Shown one piece after another: positions 42,901 to 56,584 of a DNA stretch of 64,000 nt; position 1 is the first letter of the stretch, and each line of letters begins with the position of its first letter. This stretch comes from the human T2T-CHM13v2.0 reference genome, Homo sapiens, in assembly GCF_009914755.1 (NCBI RefSeq), contig NC_060947.1; one strand, given 5' to 3'. Both the position numbers and the translations under genes were made by a program. The notes beneath the pieces are model-generated. The model did no database searches and was not told where the DNA came from. It saw only the letters and a list, made by a program, of their open reading frames with translations.

Positions 42901-45900
42901 CTCAACAAACCTTTGTTAAGCTGAATGAATAGTTTCATTGTTTTATTCTATCTCTTTTATTGCTATTTTCTGTCTAAAATTGGGCTTTTCAAAACATTTC
43001 AAAGCAGCAGAACCATTCAGCAATTAAATATGAACAGTTCCCAGATACATAAAACAGATAAAACAGAATTTGACTGAAAGGGATTGGCTGTCCAAAAGAT
43101 CCAAATAATATAGTTTGAAATCTAGTGGCCTACAAAATTATCTTCAAAATATCTGAATAAGGAAAATTTGGGTGTTGGGAAGAATTCCTTTTAGGTATTT
43201 AAATTTATTGAAATATCTTTATAGTGCTACTGTCAGGAGACAGGACCCCTTTTCATGTTATTATGTATCTTTTGGGGTTTTGTGTCCACTCTCTTACAGG
43301 TAATTTTTGAATACACCTAACAATAAATAGGGCTTTGATAATAAATATACAAGTTAACCTTGAAATTATAAGACTTTTAAGACAAATGTAACTTTGCTTT
43401 CAAGGAATTCATCTTGCACCTTGAAATGCAAAGATATTCAGCTAGGGGTGTTATATTTATTTGTTGCAAGAATTTTGGGTTTTTATTTTCTAAATCCACT
43501 AAATAAACCTATTTAGAAAGTTTGAAACCTATCTTACAAATAAAGTCCTGACCATTATGGATCATGTCCTGCTTCGCAGCATGCCAAGACAAAAGCATAT
43601 AATATTTTCTAAGATACTTTGTTTTCCCTTTTTGTCAGCATTCTCCCCCTACTAGTTCCCTTCATGTTCCTTCAGGCTAGGGAATGCTACAGCTGTTGTA
43701 CTTTACTTCCAAGGCTTGTCAAAACTACAGATCTGCTTGTATGTTGGACAGTTCCCTTCCTGAAATATATACGAAGTACATTACCCAGATGGTGACCCCT
43801 GATGACTTCAGGCTTTCAACTAACTCCCGTGGGAAGCAATTTCACCAGACCGATACTTCAGTGGCCATGATGTGAGACTAGATGCTTCTGCAATAAGGAA
43901 TATCACTGCAAAAATAAATGCTACTTGAATTAAATGCAGTGACTGCCAACATTACAGAAACCAGGTTATCTTCCCATCTTAAAATAAATCCCATTTTTAT
44001 TACATTAAACATCAAATTGGCATATGAGTGAACTATAGCCCTTTGATAAATTACCTTCAGATCTGAATTTTATCCTGATAATAACCATATTACATGCAGG
44101 ATTGAAAACTATTAGTTTCAGAGAAGCATTTTTCAAGAACTAAATTAAAGAAGTAATGCATGTTTATTTATGGTATCTACTATTGCCTCAGCAGTTTCAT
44201 TCAACTTTTCTCTTTTTTTCCTAGGGCTATACATATACATTTTATACTAAAAATATTATTTGTGCTTGCACTACATCATGAACATAAATAAAACATACTT
44301 AAATGTTTCTTTTTAAAGCAATTTAAATGTAGTCAGTATGGTTTTGAGGTCTCTTTCAAACATTTTTGAAAACCCGAAAAGCTGTTGTGTCGTATATAGG
44401 TAGAATTCCCTTTGAAAGAAAGAACTTCGCTAATTAAAAGAAAAAAAACAAAAGGCATTTTAACTTGAACTGTTTTACAAAACACATTTTGCAAGTCTGC
44501 CATGATGAAACATTAAAATTAAATGCCAATTAAGAAAAGATTGAGATAGTATAACAGAGCAATGAGGACACCTTTTTTGTTGCTCCACGTGTTTGAATCC
44601 CTACTTTTCCTCTCCTAAATGAAATGAATTATTCTCTATTGCAGCATGCTTTTTTCTTTTGCCTTAGTATGGTGCTAGTTTTATCCAATACTCAGGATGG
44701 AAAAGATCCTATCAGAGTAATAAATCATTTTAATATCCCAGTTCTGTATTATATTATCTTAAAACTTTCATTTACTACGTATTTTATATTTTCCATTCCA
44801 AGACTACAGCAATATTTATAAATAACATGTCTAGTTAGGTACCTTATCACAAGTTTAATATATGATCTCCATTTGCAGTTGCATAACGGGCCCATCTGTG
44901 TATTCCTTATCAGACAGACACAATTATTTAGTGGTTTCATCTCAAGTCACAGCACCATTAAGTGCTCTCCATAACTCAAATCTTATTTATTTTTGTATTA
45001 TTATTTGCTTTGTGGAGTCAGGAAGAATAAGCAGCATAATGATGGGATAAATTTAAAAAACAGTTTAATGAATAACGTAGCAAAAATATAAATTTAGACA
45101 TGAATCAGTACTTTTAATTCTTCTTTAAAATTTTATTTTTTTTCTATTTTACTTCATTTTCTGCTCAACTAATTCTCCCTTTCTCTATGGTCCAAATCAC
45201 TGCCAATCACTTCTTCATTATTGATGATGGGAGTTTCTCAGATTCCTAAATATTCTCCTACTCTCTTTCCTGGTTTGAGTACTTATTGGCAATAGTAACC
45301 AGGTTCTTTTAAAAAGACCCAAATAAAACTTGTGACTATAGAGAGTAAGAAATAGACATACACAGCTATCTCTTCCTCTTACCCATTTGACCTGTATATT
45401 ATTTAAATTTTTAAAATAGAAATGTATTCATTGATTTATATCCACAACCTCTGGTAGCTGATACTTTGAAACTCACTTTTCTGAGTTAGCATCATGTAAT
45501 CATAGCCATAAATATGTGGTATGTGTCCTTCTGCAAACTTTTAGATATTGGAATTTTAAAAACCCTGTCATTAACTTATTATTCACAGTTAACGTTAAGG
45601 AGCAGGGCTTATAAAAGGCTGGGAAGACAGGATATGATAGAGAAGATGGAAAACGATGAGTGATGAAAAACTATGAAACCTTCTCATCTGCCTTATAAGA
45701 TGTGAACAGATGAGGAGGTAGAGAGAGTGAAGTGGTGATTATAAGGACCCAGTTTGTTCTGGGTTTTCTGAAGTGACACCATGACAGTGTTCTTCTGAAA
45801 GAGTCACTAATGTATTATTCAAATGGGGTTGATTCATGATCCGGATCCTCAAGTCTTCTCCTTTAATGCAGTAATTATTTGTTGGCTGGATCCTATGTAT

Positions 45901-45994
45901 TAGACATTGTCCTAGTTGCTGAGGATACAACACTTACTGTTTGGTTGCAAAAAGAACTGGCCCTGTTGGGGATTTCACTCTGTGTAAAGGGAGG

Positions 45995-46257
45995 CAGTTG
46001 TCATATGGTATAATAAAGAGCAGGGACTCTGGAGCCAAGGTTTCTTGGTTCAAATCTCAACTCTGCTGCTAACTAGTGTGTGTAATAATCTTGGGTAAGT
46101 TATTCTCTGCCTCTCAGTATCTTCACCATAAAATGTGCACAATAACAACATCTGCATAAGGTTGTTGTGAACACTAAATGAGTCAGTATATGTAAAGTAC
46201 CTAGAAAAAAATGCCTGGCACATACTAAATGCCCAATAAAGGTTAGCAATCATTATT
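45995..46257 (+). mobile_element. MIR
   Basis: ggttcaaatctcaactctgc...tgcctggcacatactaaatgcccaataaa. Confidence 0.78.
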
Positions 46258-46899
46258 AAGCCTGTTTAATTGATCCCTTTACAAAACCATCCTGGAAGTG
46301 GAGAAAGGTAGAAAGTCATTGACTCATTGAATTCTCTACTTTCCTGCCCTAGGAGATGATTGTGTAGTTGTGATTCTCTGAAGAGAGTAACACAGAGGGC
46401 CTCCGGTCTTTGAGAGAACTTCAGCTGCCATCTTCACACAGCTGTAGAGTTAAAACAAAAACCTCACCTAATTTCCTGATTCCAAATCCTTGACTTAATA
46501 TACAACAGACATTCATTTATGTTCCCATCCCCATCAACATCCCCCAAAGCTGCAAATTTCTTTAATTTCCTTTCCTCTATCATCAGGGCACTGGGGATCT
46601 GGAAGTTGTAGGTTTTGGGTTTTCTTGGTAAAAGGATTCCAGAAATTAGAGCATCCCTAAGATTTTAAAAGGTATCATCATTTCTTAGTAGAGTACACTT
46701 TTTATAAAGGTTAGCATAAAGCAGTTAGAGTCTCATTTTATGAATAATAACTGATAATTCTCACGTAGCTATATAGTATGAAATGGGTCCCAAGAAAACT
46801 TTCAGCTGAGTTACCCAGCACAAGTATGCAATCCTGGGTGATGGATTCTACTCTATCAAATTGATCTGCACAAGTAAGGGAATCTGTCTGCAACAATAA

Positions 46900-47525
46900 A
46901 ATCATGCTATGTTAGAGCTCAAAAAGACCACAGAGTAATCCAGTATGGTTTAGAAAGGAGGGGGCCAGTACATTTAAAGTGAAGAAGCCTGGAAAACACT
47001 ACCTCAGCTGGGTTATCATCAATGATAGCATGTACATTATGGCACAGACACCTGATATGATGCAATGATAATGGCACCTCTGTGGTCTTCCTCTCCAAAA
47101 GCATACTGCCAGTTTAAACATAAGCACAACATCAGCAAAACCCAAATTGAAGGACATTAAAAAAACAACCTGGCCAGTGCTACTCAAAATTGTCAATGTC
47201 ATCTAGGTCAGAAAACTGTTATAGACCATGGGAAGATAGGAAAACATGACACGATATAATATCCTATTTTGAATTGGATCCTGGAAAAGAATAACTGGTG
47301 ACATCCAAATGAAGTGTCAAATGCAGTTAAGAGTAATTATTGATGTTCATTTCCTAGTTGTGACAAATGTACCATGGTGATATAGGACGTTGACAATAGA
47401 AGAAACTATGACAGCCTTTGTACTATCTAAAAAAATATATGAGAAACTAAATGAGGAGTATATGGTAATTCTCTGTACTATCTTTGCAACTTTTCTGTAA
47501 GTCTAAAAGTGTTCTGCAATTAAAA
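46900..47525 (+). mobile_element. Old L1M (L1MC/L1MD-like) 3' end
   Basis: acccaaattgaaggacatt...tgtactatctttgcaacttttctgtaagtctaaa. Confidence 0.7.
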
Positions 47526-49516
47526 GGATATTTTGGAAAGAACACACCACACACAAGCCATTTGCCTCAATCTCCTCATTTTACAGAAGAGGAAAATAAC
47601 ACCTAGAGAAAGGAAATGCTTTGCACCTAGGACACAGAGAGCTGACACTAGGACCCTATTTTTCTACCTCAGTCTTGTTTCACCCAACCACACTGATTCA
47701 GTCTTACTTAAGGCCAAGAGAATACGTAATCCATTTCTTCTTTTCAATGACATTTAGTACTGAAGTAATTTGACTGGAATATCGGACTAATGAGGCCAAT
47801 GTTATAGGTTAAGTTTTTATTCCAACCCGTTACTTTTGCATAGGGAAAAATTCCACTATTTGTCATAGCCTGATTATTCAAGCTATTTTTTCCATCAATC
47901 TCAGGTAAGTACATAAGAGAGAAATGGGAACTCTGTAAAAACCCTCCAATTCAAAATACATGTACATCTGCAAAATCTTTTTATAATGACACTTAAATTT
48001 TATTGAATTACTGGGTCACATGTAGCTGAAGTAAAATACACTGTATATATTTTCTACTGGTTCTACAATCTTTTCTCTTGTCTACTTCAATCTTCTTAGC
48101 ATTTTTGTCAAAATGGATCACTTTGTTGTCCTAAGCTTTGCTCACTATTTTTGAAAAAGATGCAAGTTTCTCTTTAAAGAAAAGGTAGGCAGTGGGAAGT
48201 TAACTCAATTTCATATCACCCCTGAAAAGGAGTCAAAATTTTTTCTTAATGTTTCCTGAAATGCTTTACCATGATATCAATAGATGTGGGAAAATAATAT
48301 GGCAGTATTTTAGTTTCATTATTTTTGTATGGTTTGAAACTGTAATTTTGGATTTTAAACAATGTTAAAATATGCAGTTTATGTTAAAATCTTCAATATA
48401 TAAAATTTCTTATAAATCAATAAATATCAGCTGCACCTTTCAATAGAAACATGGACAAAAGACATCAATAGGCAATTCACAAAAAAGAAATGGAAATTAA
48501 CAGAGACAATTTAAAATATTCAACCATAGTGGTAATTTTAAAACGCAAATTAGAGGAGTGATGTCAACAGTATGGCAGAATAGGCATTTCCAGTGCTTGC
48601 TCCCTCATGGAAACATCAACTTGAACAATCATTCAGGCTAAAAAATTCCTTCACAAGTGCTAAGGAATTCAGGTGAGAGATTACAGTATCTGGTGGAACA
48701 CAGACATAAAAAAAGATGCATTGAAGAGTGTAAGAAGAATAGTTTAGCATTACCTGCAATACTACTCTCCCAGGCTTACACAGCACAGTGTGGAGAGAAA
48801 TACCTTCCATGTGGCAGAAGAGAGTGAAGTAAACACCTAACTTCACTGTAGAACCCAGCACCATGCCCACCCCAGGGAACCCTGGTGCCAGGCTGGCACC
48901 CAATGACCAAGCTTACAGGCCTACCCTAGTGATAGGCAAGGCCTCAAGGCCTGAGACTCCAGGCTGGTCCACATAGACCCAAGCTCCAGGCCAACCACTA
49001 AACATGGCTGGTCCCTGTGGCTCCAGGCTTTAGGCTAGCTCCAATGGACTCAGGCTCCCACCCCAGTATCAGGCTGGTTCCCACGGATCTGACCTTTAGT
49101 AAAGCCACTGCCAACCCAAGATCCAAACTCATCATAGCACAAGGATGGCCCTTATAGCCCTAAGCTGCATTCATTCTTCATGGCCCAAGGGTTTAGGCCT
49201 ACCCTAGGGCCAGGCCATCTTCCATGGCCCCAGGTACCAGTCTGGCACTGGTGAACCCAAGCTCCAGGCTCAACCATCATTACTGACCCAGGAACCGGGG
49301 TGCCATTACTGACCCATGCACCAGGCTTACCAGCCCAAGGATTTCAGCAAAGCCAACCCAGAGACCTTCCCTGCTGGTCCACACAGAATCCCTGGACAAG
49401 CTGACAGGTGAAGAGCTTCTCCTGGTGAAGCCAGTCTTTAATGACTGGAGAAGGTGCCAATGCCACAGGAATCATGAATAATCAGGGAAACATGACATCA
49501 CCAAAGGGAAAGCAAA

Positions 49517-49520
49517 AAAC

Positions 49521-49556
<36 letters not shown>

Positions 49557-49557
49557 A
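49517..49557. repeat. (AAC)n repeat inside L1
   Basis: Directly visible. Confidence 0.9.
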
Positions 49558-49945
49558 GCACCTGTAACCAACCCTAAAAAAATGGATAGCTATAAAATGC
49601 CTGAAAAATAATTCAAAATAATTAACTTAAAGAAGCTCAGTGAACTACAAGTTCAGTGAGCTACAAGAGAACACAGATAGACAAGTGAATAAAATCAGAA
49701 AACAGCACGTAAGAAATATGAGAAGCTCAGCAAAGAAATAGAAGCCATAAAAAAAAATCCAGAGCTGAAAAACACAATGACTGAACTGAAAAATTCCATC
49801 AACAGCTTCAACAATAGTCAGTGAAGCAAAAGAAAGAATCAACGAGCTCAAAGGCAGGTCATCTGAAATTACTCAGTAGGAGGAACGAAAGGAAGGACAA
49901 ATGAAAAAGAGTGAAGAAAGCTTATGGTCTCTTCAAGCAAATCTG

Positions 49946-50309
<364 letters not shown>

Positions 50310-50870
50310 TTATTTAAAGAAATAATGACTGAAAACTTCCCAAATCTGAAGAAGGAAATGAAAATCCAGATGCAAGAAGCCCAAAGAATCCAAAATAGAA
50401 ATAGATTGAACATAAAGAGATATATACTGAGATATTATAATGAAATTCACACAAGTTAACAACAAAAGAGAATTTTGAAAACAGCAAGAGAAAAGTGGCC
50501 TATCATATACAGAGAACCTTCAAAGGAATATAAGTGGATTTCTCGGCAGAAACTCTGCAGGCTAGGAGAGAGAGGGGTGATATAGCCAAAGTATTAAAAA
50601 AGAAAACCCTACCAACTGAGAATATTATAACTGGCAAAGCTGTTCTTCAGAAATTCAGGAGAAATAAAGGCCTTTCCAGACAAACAAAAGCTAAGGGAAT
50701 TCATCACCATTAGATCTGCTATTCAAGAAATGCTAAAGGGTGTTTTTCAACCTGAAAATAAAGGATGCTAACTAACAACTAAAATAAATATTAGAACATA
50801 CAAAAGCATAAAATTCAGAGCTTGATTCAGCCATTCGACAATATATACATATTTTAAAACAATATATTGC

Positions 50871-52175
50871 TTATCCCTGATGAACATTGATGCAAAAATC
50901 CTCAATAAAATATTGGCAAACCAAATCCAGCAGCACATCAAAAAGCTTATCCATCACGATCAAGTCAGTTTCATCCCTGTGATGCAAGGCTGGTTCAATA
51001 TATGCAAATCAATAAATGTAATCCATCACATAAACAGAACCAATGACAAAAACCATGTGATTATCTCAATAGATGCAGAAAAGGCCTTCAATAAAATTCA
51101 ACATCCCTTCATGTTAAAAACTCTCAATAAACTAGGTATTGATGGAATATACCTCAAAATAGTAAAAGCTATTTATGACAAATCCACAGCCAATAACATA
51201 CTAAATGGGCAAAAGCTGGAAGCATTCCCTTTGAAAACCGACACAAGACAAGGATGCCCTCTCTCACCACTCCTATTCAACACAGTATTGGAAGTTCTGG
51301 CAGGGCAAGCAGGCAAGAGAAAGAAATAAAGGATATTTAAATAGGAAGAGAGGAAGTCAAATAGTCTCTGTTTGTGGACATGATCCTATATTTAGAAAAC
51401 CTCATCGTCTCAGCCCCAAAACTCCTTAAGCTGATAAGCAACTTCAGCAAAGTCTCAGGATACAAAATCAATGTGCAAAAATCACAAGCATTCCATATGA
51501 AACCAAAAAAGAGCCCATATAGCCACGACAATCCTAAGCAAAAAGAACAACGCTGGAGGCATCATGCTACCTGACTTCAAACTATACTACAAGAAACCAG
51601 CATGGTATCAAAACAGACATATAGACCAATGGAACAGAATGGAGACCTCAGAAATAAGACCACATATCTACAACCATCTGATCTTCGACAAATCTCACAA
51701 AAACAAGCAATGGGGAAAGGATTCCCTATTTAATGAATAGTGCTGGGAAAACTGGCTAGCCATATGTGGAAAACTGAAACTGGACCCCTTCCTTATGCTT
51801 TAAAACTTTAACTCAAGATGGATTGAAGACTTAAAAGTAAAACCCCAAACCATAAAAACCCTAAAAGAAAATTTAGGCAATACCATTCAGGACATAGGCA
51901 TGGACAAAGATTTTATGATGAAATCGCCAAAAGCAATTGCAACAAAAGCTAAAATTGACAAATGGGATCTAATTAAACTATAGATCTTCTGCACAGCACA
52001 AGAAACTATCATCAGAGTGAACAGGCAACTTACAGAATGGGAGAAAATTTTTGCAATCTACCCATCTGACAAAGGTCTAATATCCAGAATTTACAAGGAA
52101 CTTAAACAAATTTAAAGAAAAAAACAACCCCACCAAAAAGTGGGCAAAGGACATGAACAAACACTTCTTAAAAGA
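50871..52175 (+). mobile_element. L1PA-like ORF2 (reverse transcriptase region) segment with internal deletions
   Basis: ORF 50880-51329 [41 protein letters not shown]...[12 protein letters not shown]. The YADD-equivalent motif region (tttgtggacatgatc) is disrupted. Confidence 0.92.
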
Positions 52176-52368
52176 GACAAAGCAAGACACAGAAAGACAA
52201 ATACTACATGATCTAGCACACATGTGGAATCTAAAAATGTCAGACTCATAGAAGCAGAGAGCAGCGTGGTGGCTGTCAAGGACTGGGGGTAGAGAAAGTA
52301 GGGAGCTGATGCTCAAAGGGTCCAAAGTTTCAGTTACACAGGATTAGTAAATTCTCGAAATCTAATGT

Positions 52369-52676
52369 ATAGCATGCTGGCTATAGTTAATAATAATGTA
52401 TACTTCAAGATTCCTCTCCACTCCTCTCCTCTCCTCTCTTCTCTTCTCATAGCATGCTGGCTATAGTTAATAATAATGTATACTTCAAGATTCCTCTCCA
52501 CTCCTCTCCTCTCCTCTCCTCTCTTCTCTTCTCATAGCATGCTGGCTATAGTTAATAATAATGTATACTTCAAGATTCCTCTCCTCTCCTCTCCTCTCCC
52601 TTCTCTTCTCTTTTCTCCCTTCCCTTCCTTTCCCTTCCTTTCCCTTCCCTTTTTTTTCTTTTCTTTTCTTTCTTTT
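52369..52676. repeat. Three tandem copies of an 80-85 bp unit followed by (CTCCT)/(CCTT)/(CTTTT) simple repeats
   Basis: The unit atagcatgctggctatagttaataataatgtatacttcaagattcctctcc+(ctcct)n starts at 52369, 52449 and 52534. Confidence 0.95.
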
Positions 52677-52778
52677 GTCCAGGCTGACATGCCTGGGATG
52701 TAGGCTCACTGCAACCTCCACCTCCCAGGTTCAAGCGATTCTTCTGTCTTAGCCTCCCAAGTAGCTGGGATTACAGGA
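52677..52778 (-). mobile_element. Alu right-arm fragment whose tail has decayed into CT-rich repeats
   Basis: ggctcactgcaacctccacctcccaggttcaagcgattctt...gctgggattacagg. Confidence 0.85.
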
Positions 52779-52779
52779 G

Positions 52780-53239
52780 TTTTCTTTTATTTTATTTTTC
52801 TTTTATTTTTTTTTAAAAATAAGTACAATTTCCACTTTATTTTTCTCCAGAGAGTAGTTTTCCTTCAGTCTGTAAGGACTCAGCTCCTTACAGGGGCCTT
52901 GGTTGGGGCCATGGGGAAGAACCCACAGGTCTAAATAGTGGTAGGGGTGTTTAGTCCTTGCAGGCTTCACGAGATCAATTCCTGACTACCTTGCTGTGAA
53001 TGGTACAATTCGCACAGCAATATAGCTTCACATACAGCTTGGGAAACACTGTGAGCATTGAGGGCTCACTTCAGAAATGTCCCTCACTGCTGTGGCCTCT
53101 GCTATGTTTTTAATGACAAACTTCTTAATAGCCTTATTCCTGGGCATGCATTGAGCACAGTTCTTGCAGTGAACAGGCTGCAAGTGAATGGCATGACCAT
53201 TGTTCCTTCTTTCCTTTGGCATTTTGGAAGCAAGGATCC
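52780..53239 (-). pseudogene. Processed pseudogene of ribosomal protein S26 (RPS26/eS26)
   Basis: ATG at 53222 gives [50 protein letters not shown], similar to RPS26 [55 protein letters not shown]. After a frameshift near 53060 it continues [24 protein letters not shown] to the original TAA at 52890-52888. Intronless, with AATAAA (52841-52836) and a decayed poly(A) at about 52780-52814. Confidence 0.93.
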
Positions 53240-54065
53240 TACTTGAACATTTCTAAGAGAGTGGATCTTAAATGCTCTCATCACCGAACAATAAAAGGCA
53301 ACTATGAGGGTGTTAGACATATGAATTAATTTGATTATAGTAATCGTTTCATAGTGTATACTGTATGAAAACATCACATTGCGTACCTTAAATATACACA
53401 ATTTTTGTCATTTACACCTCAATATACCTCAATAAATATGGAAGGAAAATGCAAACTAAGACACTGAAATACCCTTTTGCCTATCAAAATGGCTTCTTTT
53501 CTTTTTTATAAATGATGATGTCAAAAGTTTTCCAGAGTTCAGAGGAACGAACACCCTCACATACTGCTGGTAGTGTAAAGTGTTGCAAAAATGTTTGGAC
53601 AAATTGGCAATATATATCCAAAGTGTTGGATTTTTTAAAAAATATTTTTATCAAGCCATTTAATGTTTAGAAATTTATGGTAAGAAAAAGGTCTGAATAG
53701 ATTTAAAACATTGGTATTCAGCGTATTGTATATAATAGCAAGATTTTGAAAATTACTCAAATGTCCAACAAATGGGATCAGTTAGACAAATGACTATATA
53801 CAATAGAAGATCGTGTTGCCATTAAGAATATTACAGAAAATATTTCATGATAGAGAAAAATGTTTACAAAGCAAGTGCAATAAAGCAGTATATAATATGA
53901 GCTCCATTTTAGAGGCTGTTTAGTGTAATAAGTGAGGGCACAGGCTCTTTTTGTGTCAGACAGATTCGAAGAGTAATGGCTCTTCTATTTATTAGCTATG
54001 TGATGTTGTACAAGCTCCTAAGCTCTCTGAGTCTCAGTTTTCCTATATGTAAAGTAGAAATAATA

Positions 54066-54385
54066 CAATAAGCCCTCCTTATCAGTGAGGAATATGTTCC
54101 AAGACCCCTAATGGATGGATGAAACCACGGATAGTACCAAGCTCTACATATACTATGTTTTTTTTTTCCTACGTGTACATGCCTAGGATAATGTTTAATT
54201 TATAAATTAAAAAGATGAACAATAATAACAAAATAGAACAAGTATAACAACATACCATGATAAAAGCTATGTGAATGTGGTGTCTCTCTCAAAATATCTT
54301 ATTGTATGTAATATTTTCAGACCATAGTTGACCATGGGTAACTGAAATTGTAGGAAGCAAAACTGTGGATAAGGCAGTACTATTG
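54066..54385 (-). mobile_element. MER44-like (TcMar-Tigger) non-autonomous DNA transposon, inserted in a MIR
   Basis: Degenerate terminal inverted repeats caata..ccttatc / gataagg..tattg, TA dinucleotides on both flanks, and MIR sequence on either side. Confidence 0.75.
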
Positions 54386-54865
54386 TAATACCTAATTTGG
54401 ATGAGACTATGATTATGCATAAAGGGACCTACATGAGTTAAAGTAGAACACATGCCTATTTCTAGAAATTAAATGATTAATTTTTCCATATTACAAATAT
54501 TAAATTCTTTTTGTTGTTGTTCAGTGTATAATCAATTACCACCATTCTTCTTTCTGACACTCAAATTTGGCCAAGGGGAATCCCTTCAAGTTGGCTCCTG
54601 TGTCATTTTGGCATGCCTGAACACTTCCTTGCTTTCTAGCACAAGATATCCCAGGCTTACCTTATACTTACTTTCCCTGCCACAGACCTAGAAACAGCCA
54701 ATCCTTCAAGGAGATTTTGGTAGGAAATGTATTTAGAAATCAAAGTTTGGGTATAAGGTGTATTAATTACTACTGAGGTGTTATTGCTTTTAAGTCCTTT
54801 CAGAGGACAGACTAGGAATATACAAACAAATAAAAAAATTTTTAGATTTTATAACCTGCTTTGTT

Positions 54866-54868
<3 letters not shown>

Positions 54869-54910
<42 letters not shown>
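54869..54910. repeat. (GT)n microsatellite, about 21 units
   Basis: Directly visible. Confidence 0.95.
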
Positions 54911-54913
<3 letters not shown>

Positions 54914-54930
54914 CACACATATATGTGGAT

Positions 54931-55344
54931 TGCTACAGTTTGGATGTTTGACCCTCCAAATCTCAGGTTGAAATTGGATTCCAAATGTTGAAGGTGGGGC
55001 CTAATGGAAAGTGTTTGAGTCATGTGAGTGGATTCCTCATAAATGGTTTCGTGCTATCCTGGCAGTAATAAGTGAGTTATCTTCTTGTTCTACTAGTTCT
55101 TGCAAGTGCTGGTTGTTAAAAAGAGCCTGGCACCTCCCTCTTCTCTCTCTTGCCTTGTGATCTCTGCACACACTGGCTCCCCTTCTCCTTCCACGATGAG
55201 TGGAAGGGCTTTGAGGCCCTCACCGGATGCAGATCCTGTGCTATGCTTCTTGTAAAGCCTGCAGAACCATGAGCCAAATAAACCTCTTTTCTTTATAAAT
55301 TACCTAGCCTCAGGCATTCCTTTATAGCAACACAGACTAAGACA
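54931..55344 (+). mobile_element. MST-family (ERVL-MaLR) solo LTR
   Basis: tgctacagtttggatgtttg...ccaaataaacctcttttctttataaattacc..ctttatagcaacacagactaagaca, with TG...CA ends. Confidence 0.88.
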
Positions 55345-56584
55345 TGCATATATGCAGTTTAAAAGCACAAGCTCATATATATATATATATCCCCAATTCT
55401 AATCCAACACTTCAGAGTTCTTCTTTCTCATTCCATATTTTTATTTCCTTTTCCACACAATGAACCTTGTTCCCAGTAACATCAATATATTTACCTGTTT
55501 GCTTATCCTATAAGATGCACAAAACAGTATTGGAATTATTATAGCAAAACCATTACTAGAAATGAGCCTACTAAGTAAAGTTCAAATTTTGTGTTTTTGT
55601 CCTTAGAATATATTCCCCTGAGGGTATACAGTTAGAGTTATGTATTCAAAATAATGACTCTTCTTAAACTCTTAAAATTTGAGACAAAGAAAAGAAAAAG
55701 AAAATGGAAAAAAAGGCAAGAGATATGAGCACACAGGTAACAAAAAAGATCCTTAAAAATATGAAAAGATAGTCAACCTTACTTTTTCTTAAGAGAAAAA
55801 CAAAAGAAAACTACACTAAGACGTCATTTCTAACCTGTCAAACTGACGATTCAAAAGCTTGCAGCACAGTTTGATGGCAATGTCCGTGGAGACGTAAACA
55901 CGTTCATACATTGCTGGTGGGTGTACGAAATGGCTCAATCATTATCAAAAAGATTCATGAAAAGTTGCCACTTACAGTTTTTTACAACTTTCCTCTGTTT
56001 CAATGGTTATTTCTCCTCATTTCTTACTTCGTATATATTTCCCCTTTTCTCTTGATTTCAGATTATTTATGGTCTGCCTACTTGTTAATTTTTAACACTA
56101 TTTTATTTATCTTTCTATTATTTTTGTTTCCTACTCCATTAATTTCTGCTATATCTTTCTTATTTCCTTTCTTGTGTTTTCTTTTTATTGATTTTTCAGA
56201 TTTGTTTTCTTTTATTGATGTGAATTTTCATCTTATACAAGGTTTAATAGTAATTTAACATGTGGTGTGTTCGTTATAATTTTTCTTAGATATTTTAAAA
56301 TTTTATGTTTTATTTCCCCTTATACACAAGAATTGTTTAAAATTTAAAAAAATTACAGATAGAAGGGCTTTTCTGGTATTTAAATATTCTTATTAATTTG
56401 TACGTTCATTTCACCATGATCTGGTAATGATGTTTGTATTGTTTCTAACTTATGAAACTCACTGAGTTGTTACCTAATATTTGCTCAAATTTTGTGAATG
56501 TTTTATGAAACCTTGAGAAGAAGGTGTATTCTCTAATATCAGGGTGTTTAAGTTCAATACATAGCCATGGGATCTATCTTGACT

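Noticed and set aside
45605-45622. TATAAAAG box with G-rich flanks as an antisense promoter
   Set aside because: Expected by chance in AT-rich sequence, with no CpG island or other support.
48900-49450. GC-rich region with degenerate ccaagctccaggc repeats as a promoter or novel repeat
   Set aside because: CpG-depleted and located between the L1 5' start and ORF1, consistent with an old L1 5' UTR.
50880-51574. Active reverse transcriptase gene
   Set aside because: L1 ORF2 fragment with frameshifts, a disrupted catalytic motif and deletions.
52369-52600. CRISPR-like repeat-spacer appearance
   Set aside because: The spacers are near-identical CT microsatellite, the repeat derives from an L1 3' UTR, there are no cas genes, and the DNA is primate.
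53028-53222. Functional 64-aa RPS26-like protein
   Set aside because: Many substitutions, loss of the basic KKGRG segment, a frameshift that removes the C-terminal half, and no promoter evidence.
55911-56258. Hydrophobic 115-aa ORF resembling a membrane protein
   Set aside because: T-rich sequence, probably antisense old L1, which naturally yields Phe/Leu/Ile-rich frames.
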